Positions 9,333 through 19,432 of a DNA stretch of 64,000 nucleotides are shown here, in pieces. The stretch's first letter is position 1. The number at the start of each line of letters is the position of its first letter. The translations under genes and the position numbers were made by a program. Source of the stretch: Bacteroidota bacterium. GTDB taxonomy: Bacteria > Bacteroidota > Bacteroidia > J057 > JADKCL01. The notes under the pieces are model-generated. The model was not told where the DNA came from, ran no database searches, and saw nothing but the letters and a program-made list of their open reading frames with translations. The stretch covers positions 28,804 to 92,803 of the forward strand of contig JANPHP010000034.1 of assembly GCA_031424495.1 (NCBI GenBank), read 5' to 3'.

Positions 9333-10802
9333 ATGAAAAAAGCGATCGGAACATTTTTGCTTGCGCTTGCCGGTGGTGCCGCCGGATTTGGAATCATGCG
9401 TGCATTGGAGCCCACGCCGCAACCTGCGGGCACAACATTTGGACAGCCCGCATTGCAAGTGGCCGGCCCGGCAGGTCTGAATGCATCGACCACGATCGAA
9501 AGGCCTGATTTTGTGGAGGCCTCGGCTGCAGCCACGCCGGCAGTCGTTCACATTCGCTCCTTTTTTGCTGCGTCGACAGGCAACGAAACCTTGCACGGCC
9601 TCTTTGGGAATCCGTTTCAGGGGGGAATGCGCCCGCAAGCCACAGGCTCGGGCGTGATCATCTCCGCAGACGGCTACATCACCACCAACAACCACGTGGT
9701 CAAGGGCGCAGAGAAGGTCGAAGTCACACTCGAAGACAAACGCAGCTATGAAGCCACCGTCATCGGCACCGACCCCACCACCGACTTGGCCTTGCTCAAG
9801 ATCAAAGAAACGGAGCTGCCCTTCCTGCCATTTGGCAACTCGACAGGCATCGAGGTGGGTCAGTGGGTGCTCGCCGTCGGCAATCCTTTTAACCTCACGA
9901 GCACGGTCACCGCAGGCATTGTGAGTGCAAAAGGGCGCAGCCTGAACCTGCTCAATGACGAGTTTGCCATCGAGAGCTTCATCCAAACCGATGCCGCCGT
10001 GAATCCAGGCAACAGCGGCGGTGCCCTCATCAACACAACGGGTCAGCTCATCGGCATCAACACGGCCATCGCCTCTGAGACGGGCAGCTATGCGGGCTAC
10101 TCCTTTGCCATCCCCGTAAACATCGTGCGCAAGGTCATGGAAGATTTGCGCGAATATGGCCAAGTGCAGCGCGCCATCATCGGCGTGCAGATCCGCAACA
10201 TCAACGCTGATATGGCCGACAAATATGGCCTGAGCACCCTCGCAGGTGCATACGTCACCGGCACGATCGCGGGAGGCGCGGCAGAAATCGCAGGCATCAA
10301 ACCGGGCGACATCATCACCAAGGTCAATGCAACGTCGGTGCGCGGCAGTTCGGAACTCCAAGAGGAGATTGGTACCTACCGTCCCGGCGAAAAGGTGCAG
10401 CTGACCGTGCTGCGCAATAAGGAAACCGTATTGCTCGATGTGATCTTGCGCAGCCGCGAGGGCAAGACCACGCTCACCGAGCGCACAGACGGAGCCGTAG
10501 GCGAGGCCACAGGCAAGTCGGCGCCCGAGGCCACGCTAGGCCGACTCGGCGTGGAGATGGAGACCGTGAGCCTGCAACAGCGTGAAAGCATGGGCATCGA
10601 CAATGGCGTGAAAATCACCAAAATCGGCGCTGGTAAGTTGCGCAGCGCGGGCTTGGAGGAAGGATTCGTGATCGTGCGGGTCAACAAGAAATTTGTCGAC
10701 GATCCCAAGCAGGTTGTGCAACTCGTGGAGGAAGCCGAAGGCGGCATCCTCATCGAGGGGATCACGGCAGCAGGCAAGAAGCAGTTTTATGCCTTTGAAT
10801 AA
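9333..10802 (+). CDS. degP: Periplasmic serine endoprotease DegP/HtrA with PDZ domains
   Basis: Signal peptide; trypsin-like catalytic triad contexts TNNHVV, DLALLKI, GNSGGAL; two PDZ-like C-terminal regions. Confidence 0.9.
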   Translation: MKKAIGTFLLALAGGAAGFGIMRALEPTPQPAGTTFGQPALQVAGPAGLNASTTIERPDFVEASAAATPAVVHIRSFFAASTGNETLHGLFGNPFQGGMRPQATGSGVIISADGYITTNNHVVKGAEKVEVTLEDKRSYEATVIGTDPTTDLALLKIKETELPFLPFGNSTGIEVGQWVLAVGNPFNLTSTVTAGIVSAKGRSLNLLNDEFAIESFIQTDAAVNPGNSGGALINTTGQLIGINTAIASETGSYAGYSFAIPVNIVRKVMEDLREYGQVQRAIIGVQIRNINADMADKYGLSTLAGAYVTGTIAGGAAEIAGIKPGDIITKVNATSVRGSSELQEEIGTYRPGEKVQLTVLRNKETVLLDVILRSREGKTTLTERTDGAVGEATGKSAPEATLGRLGVEMETVSLQQRESMGIDNGVKITKIGAGKLRSAGLEEGFVIVRVNKKFVDDPKQVVQLVEEAEGGILIEGITAAGKKQFYAFE

Positions 10803-10838
10803 GCAGTGTGTAATAGATTTCATAGTAGAATAGCAGAA

Positions 10839-10874
10839 GCGGCGCCCTCCAATTTGGGGGGCGCCGCGCTTTTA
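10839..10874 (+). terminator. Rho-independent terminator of degP
   Basis: gcggcgccc...gggcgccgc stem followed by TTTTATT. Confidence 0.7.
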
Positions 10875-11010
10875 TTGTATATGCGTTGATCTAGCGTTCC
10901 AACAGCACTAATTTTTCTGAATTCACAATCTGTAGCTGGGCCTGTCTTTGATCAAATGACGACTATCATTTTCGCCAACCATACCTGGGATTCGAATATT
11001 TACATTTTCA

Positions 11011-11219
11011 AGTCCGAAGGACTTCAACTTGGATAGCCCCCGGCGAAACCGGGGGTTAGAGGCATTTATGAATCTCCAACCCAGAAAGGGTTGAATGTGA
11101 ATACAGTATAGGAATTCGCGAATCAAGTTCAACCCCTATCGGGGTTGATGGTTCTGTGGCGTCTCTGACCGTGGGTTTTACCCACGGCTATCCACGTCGA
11201 AGCCCTTCGGGCTTATTTT
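11011..11219 (+). ncRNA. Candidate structured small RNA or palindromic element cluster (six consecutive hairpins ending in a terminator)
   Basis: Six consecutive hairpins with 5-7-bp stems: agtcc-gaa-ggact, cccccgg-cgaaa-ccggggg, caaccc-agaaa-gggttg, caacccc-tatc-ggggttg, ccgtggg-tttta-cccacgg, aagccc-ttc-gggctt + ATTTT. No ORF. Lies in an unusually long (547 bp) convergent intergenic region. Confidence 0.3.
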
Positions 11220-11349
11220 AAAGCATACTTATCAATGCAAAATCGATCAGGTCAATAGTATAGAGACAACCAATGCGGTGCGAGAAACGTGGTCGATCAG
11301 GCAAGATTGATTCCTTGCCTAATGGGGCTAATTTAGGCGTGTCATAATA

Positions 11350-12678
11350 CTACGATCGGGCCACCTGCTGACGCCTGTGCGCCAGGAAGAGGAAAAATAC
11401 GCCGATCAAGAACATGCCCCCCAAAAAGAGCGAAGCATTGCGCATCGTGCCAGTGAGGTTGATGATGAGACCGTAGGAAAAGGTGCCCATCGCTGTGGCT
11501 ACCTTTTCGGTGAGTTCATAAAAGCTGTAGTAGGAGGCATGGTCGTCGGTCTCGGGAAGGAGTTTTGCATACGTGCTGCGCGCGAGCGCTTGGATGCCGC
11601 CCATAACCGTGCCCACAAAGAAGGCCACCCCATAGAACCCAACTTTGGACGTCACAAAATAGGTCACACAACAGACCAATGACCACACGATGGCGGTACC
11701 CATCAAGGCGGGGATGTTGCCGATCTTGCTGGAAATCCATGCAAAAAGGTAGCTGCCCCCGATGGCGACAAACTGTATGATGAGGACGGTGATCATGAGC
11801 TCACTGTCTTCCATCCCGATCTCGTCCTTGCCAAAAAAGGTCGCTAGGTAAATGACGGTCATATAGCCCAATGCACAGAAGAAAAATCCGACAAGGAAAA
11901 GCCTGATCTTGGCCTGAGCAGGCTGCCTGAGTTGCCTTATCACGCCCCGCAATTCCGTATAGCCATGTGATAACAAACTGCCTGAAGTAGCCTGCCGCGT
12001 CCGTGTGAACGATGGCAAGCCCGCAAACGCAATGCGTGCAAAGCCGAGCCACCACAAGCCCGCCATCAAAAAGCTGATGCGGGTTGCCAAGGGAACGTTG
12101 GGTTTACCAGGGGCGAGGTCGGCAATCCCAAACATGGCTGGGGCACTGATGAGAACAAAGCACATGATGAGTAAGAGCGAGGAACCCACATAACCCATCA
12201 TGAAACCACGCGCACTCACGCCATCCATCTTGTCTTCCTCCACGATCTCCGGCAAAAATGCATTGTAAAAAACGAGGCTGCCCGCAAACCCGACGCTGGC
12301 CAAAACCGATCCGCCGACGCCGATCCAGAGATTTTCCCGGCTTGTGAAGAAGAAGAGCGAAATAGAAGCAAGTCCGCCAATCCATGAAAATATCTGCATG
12401 AAGAGCTTCTTGCGACCGGCATAGTCAGCGATGCCCGACAATACCGGTGAGATCATCGACACGATGAGAAACGACAGCGAAACCAAGTAGGAATAGAACT
12501 CCGAGTTTTTGATCGCTCGACCAAAAATCTCGATCGTATCCACTCCGCCGAGCCCGGTCACCCACGCAAAATAGAGCGGAAACACCGCCGTCGTGATCAC
12601 CAGCGGGTAGACCGAGTTTGCCCAGTCATACCAGCACCACGCGCTGATCACTTTTTTGTTTCCCTTTTCTACCGACAT
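11350..12678 (-). CDS. MFS transporter (UMF1/Atg22-like family)
   Basis: 12 predicted TM segments. N-terminus ISAWCWYDWANSVYPLVITTAVFPLYF is characteristic of the UMF1 family. Start at MSVEKGNKK. Confidence 0.75.
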   Translation of the reverse strand: MSVEKGNKKVISAWCWYDWANSVYPLVITTAVFPLYFAWVTGLGGVDTIEIFGRAIKNSEFYSYLVSLSFLIVSMISPVLSGIADYAGRKKLFMQIFSWIGGLASISLFFFTSRENLWIGVGGSVLASVGFAGSLVFYNAFLPEIVEEDKMDGVSARGFMMGYVGSSLLLIMCFVLISAPAMFGIADLAPGKPNVPLATRISFLMAGLWWLGFARIAFAGLPSFTRTRQATSGSLLSHGYTELRGVIRQLRQPAQAKIRLFLVGFFFCALGYMTVIYLATFFGKDEIGMEDSELMITVLIIQFVAIGGSYLFAWISSKIGNIPALMGTAIVWSLVCCVTYFVTSKVGFYGVAFFVGTVMGGIQALARSTYAKLLPETDDHASYYSFYELTEKVATAMGTFSYGLIINLTGTMRNASLFLGGMFLIGVFFLFLAHRRQQVARS

Positions 12679-13050
12679 GATTTTATCGCTTTGATGCAGC
12701 AAACTACGAAGAAATCGGCTACCGCGAGGACTGTCTTTTGAGATGTCAAGGCAGGGTGGTGGCAGTGGAATGCAGGGGGATGAACAGGAGATCGCCCAGC
12801 AAAAGTCATCGGATTCACATTTTTTTGAGGTGGAATTGAAGTTTTTTCAGCCCGCTTTCCGTTACCAAAAACCCTCATTTGTCCAAAACAACAATCGGTT
12901 GAATTTCAGCGCATTGCCCCTCACACATGTGTGCGTACATCATCTACGTGTGGCATGGTTACTTTCTCGACGCCTTTTCCTTGGGCTCCTCGGCGCTTCA
13001 CAAGAGGTTTGCAGCATCAAAAACAATTATTCACAAAAACTTATCCCAAA

Positions 13051-14031
13051 ATGAAAAGTGAAGAAGGAATCGTGGAGCAGGTGACCACGTCGCGTCGGGA
13101 AGAAAACATTCAACCCATGGCGAGCTTGATCCTGGAAACTGTTGCGGGCTTTGGTCGCGGTTATGGCCAACACTACATCGCCCAATTTTTGACTGCAGAT
13201 CGCTACCTCTTGGTGAGAACGCCTCAGCACCGCGAGATCGGCACCCTCGGCAAGCTGCGCAACCGCAACCTGGAAGACGTAGTTTGCACCATTCATTACC
13301 TCATTGATGCTGGCCTGCTGCAGGTCAAAGAACCGCAGTACAACACCGTCGAGATCAGCGAGGAGGGTCAGCGGTGGCTGGCTCAGCCCCAAGAAATCCA
13401 TGTCATGAAGCAGCGTGTACGGTTCAGCGCCTTGGAAAAATACCTGCGTTCTGCCCTGCGTGAGCACCGCAGTACCGTTGCCAGCAAGTTTGAAATGAAA
13501 GCCTGGGAAGTGCTCTCAGACTATACCATGGATCGCATCGTTCTCACCAAGCCCCTGGACCTCGACACATTGAGCAGAATCCCAGGATTTGCAACGATCA
13601 AATGCGAGCGATTTGGCGAAGGTTTTGTCAAGACTGTGCAAGACGTGATCGAGCATTTTGAGGAATTCAGAAGGGCGAGTCTCCTCCAAAAAGTGAAGCG
13701 AGGCAGCTATCCGAGGGTCAAGACGCTCTTCATGCAAAATGTGACGCTGCCCGAAATTGCTCAGGTGTGCGACATCCTTATCGGAACGGTATGTGGCTAT
13801 CTGCGCGACCTCCACGAGGCAAACCTCGTGGACCTCATCCCCTGGATCGAGCGCAACATCAACAGCAAGTCACTTTATGCCGGTGTAGAATACTTTGAGC
13901 GGGTGCGTCAACCCAATCTCAAAGAGGCCTACAACACGCTGGGATTGGACTACAACACCCTGCTGTTTTGCAGGCTTTATGCAAAAGACAAGCGCATGCA
14001 GCGCGCAGAAACTAGGCTCATGGCCTCATGA
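13051..14031 (+). CDS. Standalone RQC-like winged-helix + HRDC-like domain protein (no helicase core)
   Basis: N-terminal region resembles the RecQ C-terminal wing. Middle region resembles HRDC (SDYTMDRIVLTKPLDLDTLSRIPGFATIKCERFGEGFV). No ATPase motifs are present. Confidence 0.5.
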   Translation: MKSEEGIVEQVTTSRREENIQPMASLILETVAGFGRGYGQHYIAQFLTADRYLLVRTPQHREIGTLGKLRNRNLEDVVCTIHYLIDAGLLQVKEPQYNTVEISEEGQRWLAQPQEIHVMKQRVRFSALEKYLRSALREHRSTVASKFEMKAWEVLSDYTMDRIVLTKPLDLDTLSRIPGFATIKCERFGEGFVKTVQDVIEHFEEFRRASLLQKVKRGSYPRVKTLFMQNVTLPEIAQVCDILIGTVCGYLRDLHEANLVDLIPWIERNINSKSLYAGVEYFERVRQPNLKEAYNTLGLDYNTLLFCRLYAKDKRMQRAETRLMAS

Positions 14032-14162
14032 CCCCCGATAGATCCGTTCTTTAAATAGTGTATCCCGTTTCTTTTTAGAAAAATCCCGCCTCGTTGCGGG
14101 ATTTTTCATGCTCATCTTGCAAGGATTTGTGCAAAATGTCTTACCTTTGCCATCTACTTTTT

Positions 14163-14250
14163 GGAGAGGTGTCCGAGTGGTTGAAGGAGCACGCCTGGAA
14201 AGTGTGTGTATCTCAAAAGGGTACCGAGGGTTCGAATCCCTCTCTCTCCA
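14163..14250 (+). tRNA. tRNA-Ser (anticodon GGA), class II with long variable arm
   Basis: GGAGAGG acceptor, D-loop AGTGGTTGAA, anticodon loop CTGGAAA, 19-nt variable arm, T-loop TTCGAAT, 3' TCTCTCC+A. Hand-folded. Confidence 0.85.
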
Positions 14251-14258
14251 CCCCAATG

Positions 14259-14290
14259 AAAAAAGCCCCGAGTTGGGGCTTTTTCATTTT
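14259..14290 (+). terminator. Rho-independent terminator after tRNA-Ser
   Basis: aaaaaagccccgagttggggctttttcatttt. A second hairpin (gccgcagttgg...ccaactgcggc + T-run, 14296-14340) may serve the minus-strand DUF465 gene. Confidence 0.75.
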
Positions 14291-14359
14291 CAGTAAAAAG
14301 CCGCAGTTGGATGCACCAACTGCGGCTTTGCTTTTTTCTTCCTTCAGAGCCGCAACAGG

Positions 14360-14590
14360 CTAGGCATTCAACAATTTAAAAATGCTGTCTTTCAGATGCA
14401 CGCGGTGCATACGCAGACCGTTGAGGTGCTCGTCGGTTGTGGCATGTGCCCCAGTCTCGATACCGTGGATCTGATGATCGACCTCATGGTACTCCTCAAA
14501 AATTTTCTTGAAGTGTTGATCGCTGACCTTGAGTGCGTGGACTTTGTCCTTTAACTCGGGAAATTCGTGAAGGATGTCGTGCTTTTCCAT
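14360..14590 (-). CDS. DUF465/YdcH-family small protein
   Basis: 76 aa from MEKHDILHEFPELKDKVHALKVSDQHFKKIFEEYHEVDHQIH. Coiled small protein typical of the YdcH family. Confidence 0.6.
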   Translation of the reverse strand: MEKHDILHEFPELKDKVHALKVSDQHFKKIFEEYHEVDHQIHGIETGAHATTDEHLNGLRMHRVHLKDSIFKLLNA

Positions 14591-14856
14591 GCTTTTTTCG
14601 CTTTTGATAATGCAAACTAAAGCATTGGCCCATCGGCCAAACATGACCCATCGCATTCCAATACATGATAAAAGTCAGCTCCAGCCGGTTGCGTTGCTGG
14701 TGAAATGCACGGCGACTCGCGGCATGCATCGTGCGCCAATCAATGCTGGGCTGCGCTACGCTGCTGAATTTGATTGCTCACAACACAGGCACCCACGATT
14801 GCAAAAGGGCTACACCTTGCGGTGCAGCCCTCCTGTCTCTCAATTGTCTTTATATT

Positions 14857-16602
14857 TTAGTTGCCACAAGGATTGGCGCCACAGAGGCCCAAATAGCTGC
14901 CCGGCTTGCCGCTTGCGCTTTTGCTGTCGCAGACGCCGTCGATGTACATGCCCAAGTCGTCATACTGCACGCAATAATTGGCTGCTCCCGCTGGATTGCC
15001 TGGCGGAACGTCGCAGACTTTGACGCCGGGTGTGAGCACGGGAGGATTGCTGATGGTGACCTTGGTATCCATGCCGGCGACTGCGCCAGAGCCGATGAGG
15101 CGCACGCGCACTTGCACGACGTTGGCAATATTGTTGAGGTTCAGGTTCACGACGCCATTGTTGCCAGTCGTTGGGATCGAAATCGTGGTGTTGGTACCAT
15201 TGGCTTTGGTGAGGCGCACGTAGCCACCAGCCTCTTCAATGTCGACGAGCTTGATGGAAACCATCTTGCGTGCCGATGCGAAGTTGAAGTACAGATTGCC
15301 GCCTGTGCCGCAGTCGTTGGCGATGCCGTTGTTGCTTTCTTGGATCACGATGAGGTTGCCGAGCGCTGTGTTGTTGCTGGCACCACCAGCACCGATGCCT
15401 GGGCCACCATACTGACTGTTGGCTGTGCCGAGGTCGAGGTCGCCAACCGATGGGCTTGCGCTGTTGAAGATCCAAGCTTGGTTGATGCCGCCAGTGGCAG
15501 TCACAGAGCTGACGCCTTGTGATGCAAGTTGTGTAGTGATCTGCTGACCTGCGGTGAATCCACCAAAGGAAATCGGTTGGTTCACAGTCGTGGTGCCACC
15601 GCTGGTAGAAATCACGCAAGCGACATTTACAGCGTTCACGGTGTGGGTGATCACTCGCACGGGGCAAGTGCCATTGGTCACGGTCACGGTATAATTAGTG
15701 GTGGTGCCTGGGCTCACAGTGATGCTAGGCGTCGTAGCGCCATTGCTCCAGATGAAGCCGGGGTTGTTGCCTGCGCCGGTCGCATTGGCAATCAGGTTTT
15801 TTTGGTGCCAGATCGAGCCTGGGCAAGTGATGCCCGTGAAGACTGTCGAGCAGACCGAGCCCACCTGCGCTGGCGGGCATACCTGGGGCCCTGTTTGATT
15901 GCCAAAGCAACCGACGACTGCATAAGAGGTTGCAAACTGGCTGTTGGATGCCTCTGAGCTATTTGCATTGTTCCAGTTGCCGTTGGTAAGCCACAAGTTG
16001 GTGCGGCTGCCAGCAACCTCGTCGCCAAACATGCTAAAACGTGCAACGCTGATGCGGCAAGCAAAATCAAAATCGATCCGTTGCAAGTCAGCGACTGGCA
16101 CTGTGATCTCCCATTGGTTGCGGGAGGGGTTGATTGGGGCTGCCGACCAATCGAGTCCCACGACAGGCAAGCCTGAGAGCGAGTCGACACGCACCGTATT
16201 GTTGGCAGCAAATGCCCATGAATATTGATCACAAAGCAAACCCATCGCCAATTCAAACTCCACCTTCAACATGTGCACCGAGTCATTGATGCCATAGCTA
16301 TAGCCATTGATGATGCGGGCGTGGCCCCAATGTGGCTGGCCAGGGGTGCAGGGTTCAAGCTCTGGGCTCCATGGATCGCTGTTCACGCATTGGTTTACAT
16401 AGTAGCTGCCATCATTGCTTCTGAAGAAAAGCGAATCGCTCGTGTGGCATACCGAATCCATCATGGCATGGACATCGTCGAATGCACCCGCAACATTTTT
16501 GCCACCCCCGTTACCGGTTGGGCCCACCTGATCTGGCTTGCAGCTTGTGAGCACGAGACAGCCCACCAGAACCGTGAATAGAAGTTTTTTTACGTTTTTC
16601 AT
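14857..16602 (-). CDS. Large secreted lipoprotein, G/T/N/S-rich, unknown function
   Basis: Start at MKNVKKLLFTVLVGCLVLTSC (lipobox). Cys-rich C-terminus, beta-rich low-complexity repeats. The opposite-strand 263-aa ORF is its antisense shadow. Confidence 0.65.
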   Translation of the reverse strand: MKNVKKLLFTVLVGCLVLTSCKPDQVGPTGNGGGKNVAGAFDDVHAMMDSVCHTSDSLFFRSNDGSYYVNQCVNSDPWSPELEPCTPGQPHWGHARIINGYSYGINDSVHMLKVEFELAMGLLCDQYSWAFAANNTVRVDSLSGLPVVGLDWSAAPINPSRNQWEITVPVADLQRIDFDFACRISVARFSMFGDEVAGSRTNLWLTNGNWNNANSSEASNSQFATSYAVVGCFGNQTGPQVCPPAQVGSVCSTVFTGITCPGSIWHQKNLIANATGAGNNPGFIWSNGATTPSITVSPGTTTNYTVTVTNGTCPVRVITHTVNAVNVACVISTSGGTTTVNQPISFGGFTAGQQITTQLASQGVSSVTATGGINQAWIFNSASPSVGDLDLGTANSQYGGPGIGAGGASNNTALGNLIVIQESNNGIANDCGTGGNLYFNFASARKMVSIKLVDIEEAGGYVRLTKANGTNTTISIPTTGNNGVVNLNLNNIANVVQVRVRLIGSGAVAGMDTKVTISNPPVLTPGVKVCDVPPGNPAGAANYCVQYDDLGMYIDGVCDSKSASGKPGSYLGLCGANPCGN

Positions 16603-17138
16603 AACCTTAAAAACAATTGTTGATTGATCTAACAAAAACCACCATAACCTGTGCCTATCCAAAAGCACGGGACAAACATACTCGTCACGAAAACAACATG
16701 CAAGATTTTTGATACATTTTACATAAAAATATATTTTAAGAATTCTGAATGCTTACCAAATCGGCCATTAATAGCCCATTATCGATCATTTTACTTTGTG
16801 AACCTCCTCCCCGACTCTCATTTTAAATGTATGATATTTTGCTGTTTTGGTTCTAAAATAAAGTAAGGTGCTAGAAATCGGGCAGGCAAAAGGGGCAAAA
16901 CCATCGGAAAACTGATGCAAAAGCCTGCATTTTGCACCCAAAAAGCTTGTTTTGGGTGCCACTGGCATATCTCTAACGAGGCTCAATGTTTGATTTTTGG
17001 CGGATTTGCATGTGATTGATCCGGATGGAATATCAACCGAACATCGGCAACTACCTTGCAGGCGTTGGCCAAACACAGGCTTGTTGATTGATTTGTAGAA
17101 CAGGTAAATTATTTGTTCGGCATTCGCCTACAGCATCC

Positions 17139-18473
17139 CTATGCTTGCCCGCCCTGCCGGCGTGATTGAGCGCGAAACAGAAAATAAAGTGTGACACCCA
17201 AGCAGAGCAAAAGCAGCGCCGCCCATGCAAGCTGCGCCTTGGCGAGCAAGCCATTGATGACAAATGCCCCCGAAATCAATATGTAAATCAGTGGCGTGAA
17301 CGGATAGCCGGGCACGCGAAATCCCTGAAAAGTGATCCCTTTTTTGCGATCTCGCCACCTGAAGACATAGACTGCCGCAGCCGCCATTACCAAAAAGACG
17401 GCCTCGGTATAGGTCACATAGTCCACGAGATTGCCAAATGTGCCCCACAAAAAGAGCAAAATGATCGCCCAAGCACTCTGCAAAACGATCGCTAAGACTG
17501 GAGTCCCGGTCTTGGGATTGATCTCGGCCAATGCAGGAAAAAAGACCCCGTCGGCGGCCATCGCAAAGTAAATGCGCGGTGCGCTCATCGTGAAGATGAG
17601 GATCGATCCCGACACCGAAATGCACACGAGAAGTGCAACGACCTTGCCGCCGATGGCACCAAAGACGGTCTGCATCATGTCGGCAGCCACCCCCTTGGAG
17701 GCTGCAATCTCCCCGATTGGCAATGCCCGCAGATAGGCCCAGTTCACCATGATATAGGCCGCCATCACCCCCAGCACGCCGATGAGCATCGCCCAGCCCA
17801 GGCGCTTGGGGGCGTCGGGCATCTCTCCAGACAGGTAGGTGAGGTGGTGCCAGCCGCCATAGGACCAGTACACGCCGACCAGCCCCAGCAGCATAGGACT
17901 GATCGATTCCCAGCCTAGCGTGGGCCAGGCCCAGTCGATGGCGACAGGAGCCTGCACAAAAGCGATGCCCGCGATGATGAGTGCAACGATACCGATCACC
18001 TTGAGGGCAGTCACCAAACCTGCGATCATTCGTCCGAGGCCAAAACCCTGGGCATTGACGCCCGTGCACAACAAAATCACTGCGACTGCAACGCCCTGCT
18101 GAACGGCAGGAGATATGGGAATCAAGACATTGAGAAAGGTTGCAAACACCAGGGCAAGCCCAGCGATCGCACCGCTCGTCACCGCCATGAGTACCACCCA
18201 CCCAAACATGAATGCAGCCAGGGTGCCATAGGCCTCCTTTAAATATACATACACGCCCCCAGCCTGCGGAAAACGGGCCGCCAATTCTCCGTAACTCAAT
18301 GCACCCGACAGCGTGATGATGCCGCCCAAGACCCAAACCGGCAGCAGCAAGCCCGCATAAGGTATCGCTGCAGCCACGCCGCTCGGATTTATGAAGATGC
18401 CCGAGCCGATGCAACTGCCCATGACCAAGAGTACAAGCAGATATAACCGTGGTCGCTTTGCAGGTGGATTCAT
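17139..18473 (-). CDS. Amino acid permease (APC superfamily)
   Basis: 12 TM helices. N-terminal motif GSGIFINPSGVAAA and GALSYGELAARFPQAGGVYVY are typical of APC transporters. ATG at 18473. Confidence 0.85.
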   Translation of the reverse strand: MNPPAKRPRLYLLVLLVMGSCIGSGIFINPSGVAAAIPYAGLLLPVWVLGGIITLSGALSYGELAARFPQAGGVYVYLKEAYGTLAAFMFGWVVLMAVTSGAIAGLALVFATFLNVLIPISPAVQQGVAVAVILLCTGVNAQGFGLGRMIAGLVTALKVIGIVALIIAGIAFVQAPVAIDWAWPTLGWESISPMLLGLVGVYWSYGGWHHLTYLSGEMPDAPKRLGWAMLIGVLGVMAAYIMVNWAYLRALPIGEIAASKGVAADMMQTVFGAIGGKVVALLVCISVSGSILIFTMSAPRIYFAMAADGVFFPALAEINPKTGTPVLAIVLQSAWAIILLFLWGTFGNLVDYVTYTEAVFLVMAAAAVYVFRWRDRKKGITFQGFRVPGYPFTPLIYILISGAFVINGLLAKAQLAWAALLLLCLGVTLYFLFRAQSRRQGGQA

Positions 18474-18771
18474 GAAATTGCCAATGCTAGAATTGATTTC
18501 GCGCTGATGAACCGCTTGCGACACTGGACACGGGTCGCAAGGCAGCACAAAATCCGAAATTCTTTTGACTTGCAGGCGGAATATCTCAAGGTGTGAATCC
18601 CGACGGAGCATTAAAGCAACAGCAGCCAGATTGGCGGCGTTTCTGATCCCAGCTATAGATCGGGTACCAACAGTTCAGCCCTCAACGTTTACCATTGGGG
18701 CCGATTTTTGCGTGCATTGTAATTTTTACCTAACTTCATTTCGTGTTAATGCTGAATTCATCCTTCCAACC

Positions 18772-19428
18772 ATGTTTAAATTACTTTCTGGATTTGTTGC
18801 GCTCTGCTTGCTCGGTGTTTTTGGAGATTTAGTGCATGCCCAAAATGTGGGGATCGGCACGAGTACTCCAGCACAAAAATTGCATGTGAACGGAAATTTG
18901 CGCTTTGATGGTGCCCTCATGCCCAATGGCAATCCAGGCACGAGTGGGCAAGTTTTGATCTCGCAGGGGCCCGGGATTGCTCCGATTTGGGGTCCGGTCG
19001 GCGGATTGATCGCCACCTTCAAAGCCTCTGCGACACGCACGCTCATCTCCTCGACTAGCTTTCAACTCGTTACCGGCCTTACCCAAACGATCACCCTCAC
19101 CTCCAACGCGGCAGTGATCCTCTCGACTTACGGATCCCTCGAAACGACCTCCGGCATCAATGCCGGCTCTGGTTGCATCGTGCAGGTATTCAACAATGGT
19201 GTTGCGATCCCAGACATGTTTCAAACAACCGATGTGAACGATGCGGCTGGCTTCAGTGGAACGATCGCTTCATGGTCCATGATGAACTCGGTCTCGCTCA
19301 CACCTGGCACCTATACCTTCACGGTGAGAGCGCGCAAATATGCCTTTGACAATTTCTATGCGGGCGGCAACACGACAGCACCCAATCCCAACGAAGGCGC
19401 GCTCATCATCATGGTGTTCCCGCAGTAA
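18772..19428 (+). CDS. Secreted protein with tail-fibre-like N-terminal motif
   Basis: Signal peptide, then NVGIGTSTPAQKLHVNGNLRF...GTSGQVLISQGPGIAPIW motif common to Bacteroidota tail-fibre-like proteins. ATG at 18772. Confidence 0.6.
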   Translation: MFKLLSGFVALCLLGVFGDLVHAQNVGIGTSTPAQKLHVNGNLRFDGALMPNGNPGTSGQVLISQGPGIAPIWGPVGGLIATFKASATRTLISSTSFQLVTGLTQTITLTSNAAVILSTYGSLETTSGINAGSGCIVQVFNNGVAIPDMFQTTDVNDAAGFSGTIASWSMMNSVSLTPGTYTFTVRARKYAFDNFYAGGNTTAPNPNEGALIIMVFPQ

Positions 19429-19432
19429 TTCT

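Noticed and set aside
9261-10361. 366-aa minus-strand ORF antisense to degP
   Set aside because: Arg/Ala/Gly-rich translation typical of the antisense frame of a GC-rich gene. The plus-strand DegP/HtrA has full catalytic and PDZ motifs.
14026-14256. 76-aa minus ORF overlapping tRNA-Ser
   Set aside because: Overlaps a confidently folded tRNA and its terminator. No coding support.
14731-15522. 263-aa plus-strand ORF antisense to the large lipoprotein gene
   Set aside because: Low-complexity A/R/G-rich product, no start context. The minus-strand gene has signal peptide and consistent coding periodicity.
16603-17138. Small AT-rich ORF (16651..16866) in the long intergenic region upstream of the large lipoprotein gene
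   Set aside because: Phe/Ile/Lys-rich low-complexity translation of AT-rich DNA. More likely a promoter/UTR region.
17128-18414. 428-aa alternative-frame ORF overlapping the amino-acid permease
   Set aside because: Same strand, shifted frame, Gly/Arg/Cys-rich nonsense. The 17139..18473 frame gives a 12-TM APC transporter.
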